A DNA stretch of 64,000 bases. Origin: Candidatus Multivoradales bacterium. GTDB taxonomy: Bacteria; Acidobacteriota; Thermoanaerobaculia; Multivoradales; Multivoraceae. The notes below the pieces were generated by a model that was not told the DNA's origin, did not search any database, and saw only the letters and a program-made list of their open reading frames with translations. The DNA lies in contig CBDCWI010000002.1 in the NCBI GenBank assembly GCA_965223325.1, forward strand, positions 1 to 64,000, given 5' to 3'. A program made the translations under genes and the position numbers. Below are positions 8,671-18,030 of the stretch, piece after piece (position 1 is the stretch's first letter; every line of letters starts with the position of its first letter).

Positions 8671-9309
8671 TTAGTGACATGGCAACGCTTCGGCGTCGCG
8701 AAACACGGGCGGCGCAGTCGCCCAGCGTCCGTGCTCGCCAATGGCGTAGCTGAAGTAGGTGCGAAGCAGGGAAGTCTCGTTGTCGATCACGTGGATCTCT
8801 GTTGCGCGAAACGTGGCGCCGGCGATCCGCACCCGCACGAAACCGGTGCGCGCACAGTCGTCTGTGATGGACACCATCCCGACCGGCTGCAGGGGCCCTG
8901 ACTCCCAGGCCACCGCATGCACGCCACCCGCCTCGAGCGGCTTCGTTTCCAGCGCCTGGTAGGTCGCCGAGCGGAAGGACTCCGTCATGAGGTTCGTCGG
9001 GTTCTCGATCACGACGACTTCCCAGCGCCCATCGGCCAGGCAGTTCGGCTCGGCCTGGTCACACGATCGAATTCCGAGTTCGACGATGTGGTTGCGCGAC
9101 AGTTGTGCGTCGGCAACGGCGGGGAGGATGAAGAGGATCAGAAGACCCACCAGGGCGCCGTGCTGGCGCTGTCTGGCGCGCCGGATCTTCCCCTGCCAGA
9201 TCTCCCGCCCAGAGACGAGCCCGCGATGGTAGGCGGGGTAGTAGACGCCGACTCCGCCTGTGACGAGGCCGGCGATGAAGACGAAGGCCGCAAGCCAGAA
9301 GTCCATCAT
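8671..9309 (-). CDS. Membrane-anchored or exported hypothetical protein
   Basis: N-terminal TM segment, then a second hydrophobic segment ending ADA|Q. Confidence 0.55.
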   Translation of the reverse strand: MMDFWLAAFVFIAGLVTGGVGVYYPAYHRGLVSGREIWQGKIRRARQRQHGALVGLLILFILPAVADAQLSRNHIVELGIRSCDQAEPNCLADGRWEVVVIENPTNLMTESFRSATYQALETKPLEAGGVHAVAWESGPLQPVGMVSITDDCARTGFVRVRIAGATFRATEIHVIDNETSLLRTYFSYAIGEHGRWATAPPVFRDAEALPCH

Positions 9310-9608
9310 TCGGGCGCCCCCTTCGGGTCGATCCGCAGCTCGTCGAGGTAGCGGAACATCTGATGCGTTCGGAGCGCCTCGTCGTCGTCCTCAGGCTTGA
9401 CGAAGGCAACTCGGCACGCGCCGGCTGCGCCGACCTCAAGACTCTCGATGATGCCCCGGTACCACCAGTTCCCGACCAGGAGCCACACGAGCTCACCAAT
9501 GTGCACGGAGTCGGCTGATGGCTGCTGCTTCGTTGGAGCGGTATCGCTCCGTGCCGCAACACGGAGAAGCTCCTCGGGCGAGAAGACCAGCTCTGGCGCC
9601 GTCATCAT
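9306..9608 (-). CDS. Hypothetical protein, possibly SH3/Tudor-like
   Basis: IGELVWLLVGNWWYRGIIESL. Confidence 0.5.
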   Translation of the reverse strand: MMTAPELVFSPEELLRVAARSDTAPTKQQPSADSVHIGELVWLLVGNWWYRGIIESLEVGAAGACRVAFVKPEDDDEALRTHQMFRYLDELRIDPKGAPE

Positions 9609-9823
9609 GCTGCCGTCCGGTAGAGGTGGCGAACACAGTCGGGACAGGGGCAGTCACTGGTGCAGATGAGGCCCCGCCGGGCGCTCCGGCGCAGGTTCTC
9701 GATCGCGGTCGCGGTGACCGCCGTCCAGGTGCCGTTCTTTCGCCTTGCGCGGCCGCATCCGTGGGGACAGACAACCACTGTGGTTTCCTTCCGCCTGGGG
9801 TGGGTTTGGTATCGTTGGTTCAT
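9605..9823 (-). CDS. Cys-rich hypothetical protein
   Basis: CPHGC...CTSDCPCPDC. Confidence 0.5.
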   Translation of the reverse strand: MNQRYQTHPRRKETTVVVCPHGCGRARRKNGTWTAVTATAIENLRRSARRGLICTSDCPCPDCVRHLYRTAA

Positions 9824-9894
9824 TCGGGAGCCCTCCTTCGTTTATCCAACTGGTGGTTCTTCGGATTCAGACCGGCCTGAGGTGTGTCAGCACC

Positions 9895-10155
9895 TCAGGC
9901 CGTTCGCTTCTGTAGCGGCTGCCGCTCGACGGCATCCCAGTCACGGCAGGGAATCAGCCCTCCGGTGACAGTTTCGATGCGCGTGGCGGTATCGCGGCGG
10001 GGCAGCTTCCTGGCGAGTTCGAAGTTCGAGACGTCAGACCCGTAGCAGCCGAAGCCTTCGGCGGCTTCTTCCTGGGTAAGGCCTTCCAAGAGGCGCCAAA
10101 CCCGCATCCGCTCGTTTGCGGGCAACGTAGCCAGATCGAGAGAGTGGATAGCCAT
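9895..10155 (-). CDS. Cro-like XRE HTH protein, probably leaderless
   Basis: LTQEEAAEGFG...VSNFE...IETVTGGLI. Confidence 0.8.
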   Translation of the reverse strand: MAIHSLDLATLPANERMRVWRLLEGLTQEEAAEGFGCYGSDVSNFELARKLPRRDTATRIETVTGGLIPCRDWDAVERQPLQKRTA

Positions 10156-10156
10156 A

Positions 10157-10191
10157 CGGCTACCATACGGTAGCCGAGATAGTCTTGTCAA
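10157..10191 (-). promoter_or_regulatory. Leftward sigma70-type promoter with overlapping operator palindrome
   Basis: TTGACA (10191-10186), 18 nt, TATGGT (10167-10162), 6 nt, ATG; palindrome CGGCTACC-N4-GGTAGCCG at 10157-10176. Confidence 0.75.
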
Positions 10192-10243
10192 TAGAAAATT
10201 TAGCCCGTGGGGCATTGGCATCGACCGCCGGCGCCAATAGTCT

Positions 10244-10263
10244 TCTTAGTCATATGACTAAGA
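10244..10263. promoter_or_regulatory. Perfect 20-bp palindrome centred on the repressor start codon
   Basis: TCTTAGTCAT|ATGACTAAGA. Confidence 0.65.
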
Positions 10264-10622
10264 GGCACCGGATTACGTCGTCCGGGGATGCGGGCGACAA
10301 CGAGCGGCCCCGGGTACCAACCAGGAAAGAGCTTGGAGAAGCGCTTCGTAAGCTACGCGGCAATCGGACGCAGCGCGAAGTGTCCGCTGGCGCAGAGATT
10401 CCCGCGCCTAACTACTCGGTCTATGAGTCGGGCGGGTCGGGCATGACTGTGGAGGTGCTGTTTCGCATCCTCTTCAGCATGGATGCGGATATCGGCGATC
10501 TGGCCGTCGCTATGGGGTTTGCGCCCTCGGACGAAGATCTGGCCCTGACGATCCGCGAGATTCGGGACGCTGTTGAGGCGACCATGGCTCGTCGTCAGCG
10601 CGACGAGAGCACCGGCGGATGA
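10254..10622 (+). CDS. CI-like XRE HTH repressor (no peptidase domain seen)
   Basis: LGEALRKLRGNRTQREVS...YSVYESG; divergent from the cro-like gene. Confidence 0.8.
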   Translation: MTKRHRITSSGDAGDNERPRVPTRKELGEALRKLRGNRTQREVSAGAEIPAPNYSVYESGGSGMTVEVLFRILFSMDADIGDLAVAMGFAPSDEDLALTIREIRDAVEATMARRQRDESTGG

Positions 10623-10857
10623 GCTCGTCGCCGGCGTTGCCCTCGATCGCGTGTAGCTTCCTTAGTGAGGCGACCAGACCGACCACCTCGATCCAGGTCT
10701 TAGCTCTGCTTGCTGGCATGCGCTGTCAAGATCCTTTTTACTTCAGAGGGAGAGGAAAACAAGGAACCAAGCAGAGAGATAGGAAGAAATGCGCAGAAGA
10801 CATATCCTGGATGAGTCGAGACCTTAGCATTACGAGCAGGAAAGCGCAGGCGACGCA

Positions 10858-11403
10858 GTGATGAAATCAATGAAAACGAGTAAATGCCTAATGGTGCAGT
10901 GGTTTACGCTTTTGTTCGTGCCGTCGGTGGCTCACGCTCAGAGTCCGTTCGATGACGGAAACGTGCGGGCGGGCAAGAGAATCGAGGTCTCTGAACACGA
11001 TCACGACCAGGCTCGCTTCGGTCTCTGGATTCGTCTTTACCAAAGGGGCTCTGACCCACACCGGCTCCTGGTCGAGCTTCGGGACCGCGATTTCGCCGAG
11101 GAGTCGCCGCCCGAAGAACCCCTGCGAGAACTTCGCTTTGCTGTCGACGGAGACGTCCATGTCGTCAAGGGGGAAGAGTGCGAGCGCGTTACCTATTGGG
11201 ACCGCGCGAACAACTCCCTGATCGACTGTCCACTTGCCCCTGAGACTCTAGAGGCGCTCTCCAGTGCCGTGGGAATGGTGATTGTGCAGGGCCTGAACTC
11301 GCTTGGCCACTACAGCCATGAGGGAGAGCTCGGGCCGAAGAAGCGCGTCCGATGGCTCAAGCTCAAGGACGAGAGTTGGGTTGATTTAGTGGAGCCGGAC
11401 TAG
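10858..11403 (+). CDS. Exported hypothetical protein (moron); start uncertain
   Basis: Signal-like FTLLFVPSVAHA|Q. Confidence 0.6.
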   Translation: MMKSMKTSKCLMVQWFTLLFVPSVAHAQSPFDDGNVRAGKRIEVSEHDHDQARFGLWIRLYQRGSDPHRLLVELRDRDFAEESPPEEPLRELRFAVDGDVHVVKGEECERVTYWDRANNSLIDCPLAPETLEALSSAVGMVIVQGLNSLGHYSHEGELGPKKRVRWLKLKDESWVDLVEPD

Positions 11404-11408
11404 AACCC

Positions 11409-12008
11409 TTGGATCTCCACGAGCTTCTTCAAACCCCGCTTGCCGGGGCACTTGGGGCCGGCCTGGTCGCTATAGTCACCTGGTGTCTTCAGGAGTGGAA
11501 GAACGGCCGCATTCGGATCGCTGACCGGAAGAACGCTGACCGCCTTCGTCTTGAGAGTCAATGTCGCGAGGATTCGATCAGAGCTCAGTCTCACGAGAGG
11601 GAGGATCAGCGACGGTACGACCGGGAGAAGATGGACGCCTACGTGGCCTACATTTCGGCTGTCCGACGAGTTATCCAAATCGACACACCGTCAGTCGAAC
11701 TGAGGTCGGCTGCATGGGAGGGGGAGGCTGGGGCGTTGATCGACCGAATGTCCCACGAGTACACGCTGCTCCAGTTCTACGCGTCCAGGGAAGTTCAGAA
11801 CAGCGCCGTTATTCTCGAGAGCAGGCTCCGGGCCTGCCTGCGGGACCGTGTGGCCCGTCGCAACGACCCTGACGAGGACATAGAACTGTGGAGTCTTCTG
11901 TACTTGTTCACTGACATCGCGAGGAAGGACGTCGGACTGCCCGACAGGTCTCCGTCGGGCGACAATGAAAGGCTCCAGCGTGATCTGGCCCGGGTGCTGA
12001 AAGATTGA
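11409..12008 (+). CDS. Single-TM hypothetical protein (moron)
   Basis: N-terminal TM LAGALGAGLVAIVTW followed by a charged helical domain. Confidence 0.6.
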   Translation: MDLHELLQTPLAGALGAGLVAIVTWCLQEWKNGRIRIADRKNADRLRLESQCREDSIRAQSHEREDQRRYDREKMDAYVAYISAVRRVIQIDTPSVELRSAAWEGEAGALIDRMSHEYTLLQFYASREVQNSAVILESRLRACLRDRVARRNDPDEDIELWSLLYLFTDIARKDVGLPDRSPSGDNERLQRDLARVLKD

Positions 12009-12226
12009 CCTCCCGCCGCCGCGGCTCCACCCGTGCCTGGCGCAGGCTCCGCGCAGCCATCCTGCGCCGTGACCCCATCTGCTGCATCTGCGGCCTGGCA
12101 CCCAGCACCCAGGTGGACCACATCGTCCCCGTCTCAGAGGGCGGCACTAACGACCCGGGCAATCTCCGGGGCACGTGCAAGCCCTGCAACCTGGGCCGGC
12201 GCGACCGGGCGTTCTACCCGGGATAG
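12005..12226 (+). CDS. Packaging-associated HNH endonuclease
   Basis: WRRLRAAILRRDPICCICG...VDHIVP...GGTNDPGNLRGTCKPCN; upstream of terminase. Confidence 0.9.
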   Translation: MTSRRRGSTRAWRRLRAAILRRDPICCICGLAPSTQVDHIVPVSEGGTNDPGNLRGTCKPCNLGRRDRAFYPG

Positions 12227-12235
12227 AGTTCTTGA

Positions 12236-12733
12236 ATGGACGTCGGCGAGGTATTACGTGATCGGATCTGGGAAAGCATGCTTGACCAGGACTTCAAAGC
12301 CAGGTACTGGGCCTACATCGCCGCGCGGCAGCACAGCATTGACCGCTGGGCCACGGCAGCCACGGCTTCGATGTCAGCGCTTGGAGTTGTTCTCGGTGCG
12401 AGTGTTAACCCATGGTGGGCGGTGGTGTTTGCGGCCGCGGCAACCGCGACGGGGACAGTAAGCTTCTTCTCAAGATTCTCCGACAGGGCGGGCGCCGCTG
12501 CCTCTGCCTGTGCACAACTCTCGACCGCATGCATGGATCTGGAACACCTTTGGACCGATGTGTCCGACAACGATGTCACCGGTGAAGTCGCAAAGGCTAG
12601 GCTCGAAGCCGTAGAAAAACGCATCGACGGACTGACCGAAAGCCTCAGCAAGGAGCGCCAGGTACCGAAGCTGATCGAGAAGGCAAGGCGATCAGTGATC
12701 GCGTCCAGGGGTCTGGATGAGCTCGAAGCGTAG
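12236..12733 (+). CDS. Two-TM SLATT-like membrane protein
   Basis: Helix, two adjacent TM segments, then a helical C-terminus. Confidence 0.55.
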   Translation: MDVGEVLRDRIWESMLDQDFKARYWAYIAARQHSIDRWATAATASMSALGVVLGASVNPWWAVVFAAAATATGTVSFFSRFSDRAGAAASACAQLSTACMDLEHLWTDVSDNDVTGEVAKARLEAVEKRIDGLTESLSKERQVPKLIEKARRSVIASRGLDELEA

Positions 12734-12884
12734 GCCACCGGATAAGACTCGCCAGAGGGGTGGACCTCCGCCTGATCGCCCGAGGCCTTGGCCGAAGCCC
12801 AAAGAGGACACCAAGAGGGCGCCGCGACACAAGAAGAAGCCCGAGCCCAAACCCAAGGCTACCCGGGGTAGGGGGGTCGAATAG
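12717..12884 (+). CDS. 55-aa Pro/Lys/Arg-rich small ORF (not in ORF track)
   Basis: MSSKRRPPDKTRQRGGPPPDRPRPWPKPKEDTKRAPRHKKKPEPKPKATRGRGVE. Confidence 0.35.
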   Translation: MSSKRRPPDKTRQRGGPPPDRPRPWPKPKEDTKRAPRHKKKPEPKPKATRGRGVE

Positions 12885-12945
12885 CTGAGGCTGACGCAAC
12901 CATCGCGGACACGACCGCCGCGAGTGTGCATGCGCGAAATTGAGG
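12859..12945 (+). other. Putative cos region
   Basis: GGGGGGTCGAA...GACCGCCG...CGCGAAATT between HNH and P27-type TerS, the usual position and pattern in such phages. Confidence 0.6.
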
Positions 12946-12976
12946 TGCTGGTCGTTTTTCGTATATTGGTGGAGCG

Positions 12977-13432
12977 ATGGCACGTGGACGCAAGCCCAAA
13001 CCGACCGGCCTGAAGCTCGTCCAGGGCAACGCAGGCCGACGACCTCTGCCGGCGAACGAGCTCAAGCCGGCCCCATCGGTCCCCGACCCCCCAAAGTGGC
13101 TTTCGAAGGCGGCGCTAGCGGAGTGGAAGCGCCTCGCCGAGCCGCTGGCGATGCTCGGGTGCCTGTCGGACCTCGACCTAGCGAACTTCGCCGCCTACTG
13201 TTCGAGCTACGCCGCCTACCAACAGGCCGAAAGGGACTTTCGGGCCGCTGAACAGTGGGGACTGGAGGAGCGCCGAGAGGCTCGGCTCGTCCTGGGAGCC
13301 GCCGAACGCGCCCTCCGCAGCTTTTCGTCGGAATTCGGACTCACGCCAGTCGCTCGACTGAGGCTGGCGATGCAAACTGGCGACGAGGAATCGGACGGCC
13401 TGGACGAGTTCCTCAGTGGCAGCGCGACGTAA
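12977..13432 (+). CDS. Terminase small subunit, P27 family
   Basis: GRKPKPTGLKLVQGNAGRR, PPKWLS..A..EW, EFGLTPVAR. Confidence 0.93.
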   Translation: MARGRKPKPTGLKLVQGNAGRRPLPANELKPAPSVPDPPKWLSKAALAEWKRLAEPLAMLGCLSDLDLANFAAYCSSYAAYQQAERDFRAAEQWGLEERREARLVLGAAERALRSFSSEFGLTPVARLRLAMQTGDEESDGLDEFLSGSAT

Positions 13433-15215
13433 GAAGAAGAAGGCGTCATCGGCCAAGAAGAGCCGCCGAAAGAAGCCCAAAGGCAAGCGCCGCAACTCGA
13501 AACCAGTCCGACCGGAGGTGGAGTACGCGAACCAAGTGCTCGAGGGCAAGGTACTCGCGTCGAAATGGGTATCCCTGGCTTGCCAGCGCCACCTGGACGA
13601 CCTCAAAGATGGCGGCCAGCGGGGCCTAGTCTTCGACGGCGCTCGAGCCGACAGAATCGTCACCTACATCGAGCGGTATTGCCGGCACTTCGAGGGCGAG
13701 TGGGCTGGCAAGCTGATCCAGCTCGAGCTGTGGCAGAAATTCTGCTACGGGGTCGCGTATGGGTGGGTGGACGAGGCCACTGGTTTCCGGCGGTTTCGGG
13801 AGTCTTACAAAGAGGTGCCGCGCAAGAACGGCAAAACGCTGACCGCTGCCGGCGAGGGCCTTTACCTGACGCAGGCCGACGGCCTGGTCGAGTCCGACGG
13901 GGTCTTCCGCCCGGAAGGCGGCGCGAAAGTCTATTCGGCCGCCACGAAGAAGCAGCAGGCGAAAATCATGTTCGACGGTGCGCGCCTCATGGTGAAGAAC
14001 TCGCCGGCGCTGCGCAGCCGACTAGGCGTCTACATCGCCAACATCCACGATCTGGCTACCGCGAGTTCGTTCGAACCCCTGGGGTCGGACTCCGACAAGC
14101 AGGATGGCCTAAACGTCCACGGTGGGCTGCTCGACGAGCTCCACCAGCACAAAACCCGAGGGATGTACGACGTAATTCGCACGGCTTCCGGTGCGCGTCG
14201 GCAGCCCATGCTTTCGAGCATCACCACGGCGGGCCTGTACAAGCCCGAGTCGATCGGCTGGGAACTCCACACCATGGCCAAGAAGGTGCTCGAGGGGTCG
14301 ATGACGAACGATCGATTCTTCGCCTACATCGCGACGATCGACGAAGGCGATCCCTGGGACGCGGAGAAAAGCTGGATCAAGGCAAATCCCAACTGGAACG
14401 TATCGGTGAAGCCGGAGAACATCCTCGAGGCCTACGAGCGGGCACTGGTCAGCGTCGGCGCGAAGTCGTCGTTCATGCGCTACCACCTCAATGTCTGGGT
14501 GAACTCGGTCGATCGGTGGATCGAAATGGAGAGGTGGGCGCGCTGCGGTACGCGCGAGCTTGGTCGGAACGATCTCGAGGAACTTCGCGGGCGCCCTTGC
14601 TTCGGTGCCCTCGATTTGGCACGCAAAAAGGACCTCTCGGCGCTGATTCTGTACTTCCCGCCGCTCGAAGACGAAGAGCCCGCCCGAGTCCTGAGCTATT
14701 TCTGGGCGCCCGAGCAGCAGATTGTCGAGCGCTCGAACGTTGACCGCGTGCCCTACGTCGAATGGTCTAGATCTGGCGCCATCGTGTCGACTCCGTCTGC
14801 GACGACGGACTTCGCCTTCATCCGCGAGTCGATTATCGAGATCATCGGTCAGTTCGCGGTCCAGTCGATTTCCTACGACCGGGCGTACGCGGACCAGCTT
14901 GTCCTCGAGCTACAACAAGAGGCCATCGAGATGGTTCCGCACGGGCAGGGGTTCGAGGCGATGACAGGCCCGATGGAGGAACTCGGCCGCCAGGTCTACG
15001 CCGGCGAGATCGCGCACGGCGACAACCCGGTCCTCACCTGGATGGCCTCGAACGTCGTGGTCCGACAGAGTCCCGACGAGAAGATTCGACCCGACAAAGG
15101 CCGGTCCGCCGAGAAGATCGACGGCATCGTGGCGCTGATCATGGCGATCGGAGCGTGGATGCGCGCAGAGGCACAGGGCTCAGTTTACGACGAACGAGAG
15201 CCCGTCCTCGTGTAG
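13416..15215 (+). CDS. Terminase large subunit
   Basis: VPRKNGKT Walker A, LLDELH Walker B, ITTAG, ALDLA, KIDGIVALIMA. Confidence 0.96.
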   Translation: MAARRKKKKASSAKKSRRKKPKGKRRNSKPVRPEVEYANQVLEGKVLASKWVSLACQRHLDDLKDGGQRGLVFDGARADRIVTYIERYCRHFEGEWAGKLIQLELWQKFCYGVAYGWVDEATGFRRFRESYKEVPRKNGKTLTAAGEGLYLTQADGLVESDGVFRPEGGAKVYSAATKKQQAKIMFDGARLMVKNSPALRSRLGVYIANIHDLATASSFEPLGSDSDKQDGLNVHGGLLDELHQHKTRGMYDVIRTASGARRQPMLSSITTAGLYKPESIGWELHTMAKKVLEGSMTNDRFFAYIATIDEGDPWDAEKSWIKANPNWNVSVKPENILEAYERALVSVGAKSSFMRYHLNVWVNSVDRWIEMERWARCGTRELGRNDLEELRGRPCFGALDLARKKDLSALILYFPPLEDEEPARVLSYFWAPEQQIVERSNVDRVPYVEWSRSGAIVSTPSATTDFAFIRESIIEIIGQFAVQSISYDRAYADQLVLELQQEAIEMVPHGQGFEAMTGPMEELGRQVYAGEIAHGDNPVLTWMASNVVVRQSPDEKIRPDKGRSAEKIDGIVALIMAIGAWMRAEAQGSVYDEREPVLV

Positions 15216-15270
15216 CAGTTGCATTGACCCCTACGTTATCTCGTATATTGACAAATGAGAGCAGGAGTCG

Positions 15271-15453
15271 GTGTCGCCTTTGAAAACCATTGCCCGTCCC
15301 GAGACCCAAGGCGTTGTTGCTCTGGTGGTGTTGGTGGCGGGCGCTGAAACCGGGTACTACGGTCTCGCCCTTGCGGGCCTGTTGCTGTTTGTCGACTACT
15401 TCGTCGACCCCTGGCGCCCGAGGTTGCAAAGCGACGGAGACACCGAAGGTTGA
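15271..15453 (+). CDS. Small membrane protein preceding the portal
   Basis: Two hydrophobic stretches; overlaps the portal start. Confidence 0.55.
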   Translation: MSPLKTIARPETQGVVALVVLVAGAETGYYGLALAGLLLFVDYFVDPWRPRLQSDGDTEG

Positions 15454-17150
15454 TACTTCCAGGCTTGTTTGGCGGCGCCAGCGCCGTCTCCCTCTCGAGA
15501 ACGACACCAGGCTCCTACCACCCGTCAGACAGCAATCTGCCCGGCTGGCTCGTCGACTCACCGAGCACGAGCTCCGGCATCGAGGTCGGCACGACGGGCG
15601 CCCTGCGCGCGTCGACGGTCTTCGCGGCGGTTCGATTGATCGCCGACGTATCTTCGACGCTACCGCTCCAGACGTTTCGCCGTGGTGCCGACGACAGCCG
15701 GGAGATAGCCGAGCGCCACCTGGTCCGCGAGCTACTGGCCGTCGAGCCGAATCCCGAGCAGACGGCGAGCTCGTGGCGATCGCAGTTGATCGCACACCAG
15801 TTGCTGTGGGGCAACCATTTCGCCGAGATCGAGCGCGACAAAGCAGGGAGGCCGGCGTGGATTTGGCCCATACACCCGCCGTCTCGAGTGTCTGTGCGGC
15901 GCGTAGGGGTCCGTAAACGCCGACTTGTCTACGAGGTGACTCGAGAGCAGGAGGGCAAGAAGCGGGTCAAGCTGCGGGCCGAGGACGTCCTCCATTTTCC
16001 GAACACGCTTTCGCTCGACGGCATCGTCGGGCAGGGCCTGGTCGATCTTGCTCGAGAGGCGATCGGGATGGCGATGGCCACCGAGCGCCACGGATCGCTG
16101 TTCTTCGGCAACTACCAGACCCCCACGGGCTACCTGAAGCACCCAGGCCGCTTCAAGGACCCGGCTGCAGCCGGCAAGCGCATCCGCGCGCAGATGGACG
16201 CTGTTCACGGCGGAGACGGTCGCCATCGGCTCGCCGTGCTCGAGGAGGGCATGGAGTTCGTGAAGATGGGGTACACCGCAGAGGAGGCGCAGTTCCTCGA
16301 GACCCGGCGCTTCCAGGTCGGTGAGATTGCGCGGTACTTCGGCGTCCCACCTCACCTGCTGATGGACCTCGAGCGGGCTACTTTTTCCAACATCGAGGAG
16401 CAGGACCGAGGTTTCCTGAAGTACTTCCTTCGTCCTCGACTCGTAAAGATCGAGCAAGAGCTCGAGAGGAAGCTCTTCAGGGCCTCAGAGCGCCGGCGCT
16501 ACTTTGTGCGCCACAACGTCGACGCCCTGCTGCGCGGCAACACACAGACGCGCTACGGCGCGCACGCCATCGGCCTCCAGAACGGTTTTCTCAGCCAGAA
16601 CGAAGTCCGCAAGATCGAGGACCTGAATCCGATCGAGGGCGGCGACGTGTACCGTACGCCCCTCAACCTCGGCGACAGCGCAGGATCGGAAGAGGAACCG
16701 CCACCCGATCCCGCAGATGAGGCTCAGCCGGTCAGAAGTGGCCTAGACCGCGCGTCAGCCGCCGGTGCATTCGAGGTCCTGTTTGCGGACGTGTTTGCTC
16801 GGGCGATCCGACGAGAGACGCGCGCAATCGAGAAGGGTGCCCCTCGAGCGCTGGCAAGCGGCACCCTTGCGGACTGGGCCCGAACCTTCTACGCCGAACA
16901 CCGCGGCGTCCTAGCGCTCTTCCTGGACCCGCTGTGCGAGGCCTGGTCGTCGCTGATGGCCGTGCCCTGCGACGCCGAGGACCTCGCCGGTGCGTGGTGC
17001 GCGTACTCGGAACGCAACCTGGTTGCTGTTGTCGAAGCCGACGCCCCTGCAGAACGTCTTACGGAGCTGCTCGACGAGTGGCTATCTACCCGCCCCGCAG
17101 AGTACAGCCGCGGGATCATCACACTCGGAGACTCGGCCGATGCAGCATGA
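15450..17150 (+). CDS. Portal protein, HK97 family, with C-terminal extension
   Basis: VFAAVRLIA, EPNPEQT, QFLETRRFQVGEIARYFGVPPHL, SQNEVRKIEDLNPIEGGD. Confidence 0.95.
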   Translation: MILPGLFGGASAVSLSRTTPGSYHPSDSNLPGWLVDSPSTSSGIEVGTTGALRASTVFAAVRLIADVSSTLPLQTFRRGADDSREIAERHLVRELLAVEPNPEQTASSWRSQLIAHQLLWGNHFAEIERDKAGRPAWIWPIHPPSRVSVRRVGVRKRRLVYEVTREQEGKKRVKLRAEDVLHFPNTLSLDGIVGQGLVDLAREAIGMAMATERHGSLFFGNYQTPTGYLKHPGRFKDPAAAGKRIRAQMDAVHGGDGRHRLAVLEEGMEFVKMGYTAEEAQFLETRRFQVGEIARYFGVPPHLLMDLERATFSNIEEQDRGFLKYFLRPRLVKIEQELERKLFRASERRRYFVRHNVDALLRGNTQTRYGAHAIGLQNGFLSQNEVRKIEDLNPIEGGDVYRTPLNLGDSAGSEEEPPPDPADEAQPVRSGLDRASAAGAFEVLFADVFARAIRRETRAIEKGAPRALASGTLADWARTFYAEHRGVLALFLDPLCEAWSSLMAVPCDAEDLAGAWCAYSERNLVAVVEADAPAERLTELLDEWLSTRPAEYSRGIITLGDSADAA

Positions 17151-18030
17151 CGACATAGACCTTACGCACAATCCGGCTTGCCTTGCGGCTCACCTGGGCC
17201 TCTGGATGGTGGAGCCACGAGCCCTCGAGAGCGCCCTCGCGCAGCTCCAGGCCGGCACCTGGCGGCCCGAGCCCCAGCAGGCGGCGGCGACTCGGGAAGG
17301 CGACAGGAAGTACGACGCGGGGCCAGGAGGGGTCGCGGTGGTCGCACTGCAAGGTGCTCTCATGAAAGGGCAGACGAAGTTCGGCACGTCGACCCTCGAG
17401 GCACGACGAGCGCTTCGCCAGGCGGTTCGAGACGAGGACGTGCGGTCGATTCTGCTCCTGGTTGACTCGCCAGGCGGCCAGGCGGCCGGCACGCACCAGC
17501 TTTTTGAGGACGTCCGCGCCGCGGCACGCTCGAAGCCGGTTCATGCGCACGTTGACGACCTCTCCGCGTCTGCCGCCGTCTTTGCGATGGCGGGCGCGTC
17601 CCGCGTGACGGCGAATGCGCCGGCGAGAATCGGATCGATTGGCGCCTACGCTGTCGTGACCGATACCTCTGCCGCTGCGGAGCTCGAGGGGGTCAAGGTT
17701 CATGTGGTCTCGAGCGGCGGCGTCAAGGGCCACGCTGACGGCGCACCGGTCTCTGAAGAGCAGCTCGTCGAGGTGCAGCGCGAGGTTGACCATCACAACA
17801 ACTTCTTCGTGCGTGCCGTGGCCGAGGGTCGTGGCCTTTCCGATGCGCAGGTACGCGAGATGAACACCGGCCAGATGTTCAGCGCTCGCGAGGCGCTTGC
17901 ACTCGGCTTGATCGACGAAATCCAGTCGTTCGACGACACGCTGCGCGACTTGATGGCCGTACCGACGCGCAGCATCGCGCGGGCGCGAACAGAGCTTCGA
18001 CGCCATGAACTTGACATGGTCGCGTCGTAG
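17140..18030 (+). CDS. S49 family prohead protease
   Basis: ILLLVDSPGG, SASAA, IGSIG; between portal and capsid. Confidence 0.9.
   Translation: MQHDDIDLTHNPACLAAHLGLWMVEPRALESALAQLQAGTWRPEPQQAAATREGDRKYDAGPGGVAVVALQGALMKGQTKFGTSTLEARRALRQAVRDEDVRSILLLVDSPGGQAAGTHQLFEDVRAAARSKPVHAHVDDLSASAAVFAMAGASRVTANAPARIGSIGAYAVVTDTSAAAELEGVKVHVVSSGGVKGHADGAPVSEEQLVEVQREVDHHNNFFVRAVAEGRGLSDAQVREMNTGQMFSAREALALGLIDEIQSFDDTLRDLMAVPTRSIARARTELRRHELDMVAS

Noticed and set aside
15219-15256. Promoter between terL and portal
   Set aside because: AT-rich with TTGAC hexamers, but the -35/-10 spacing (14 or 19 nt) is poor.
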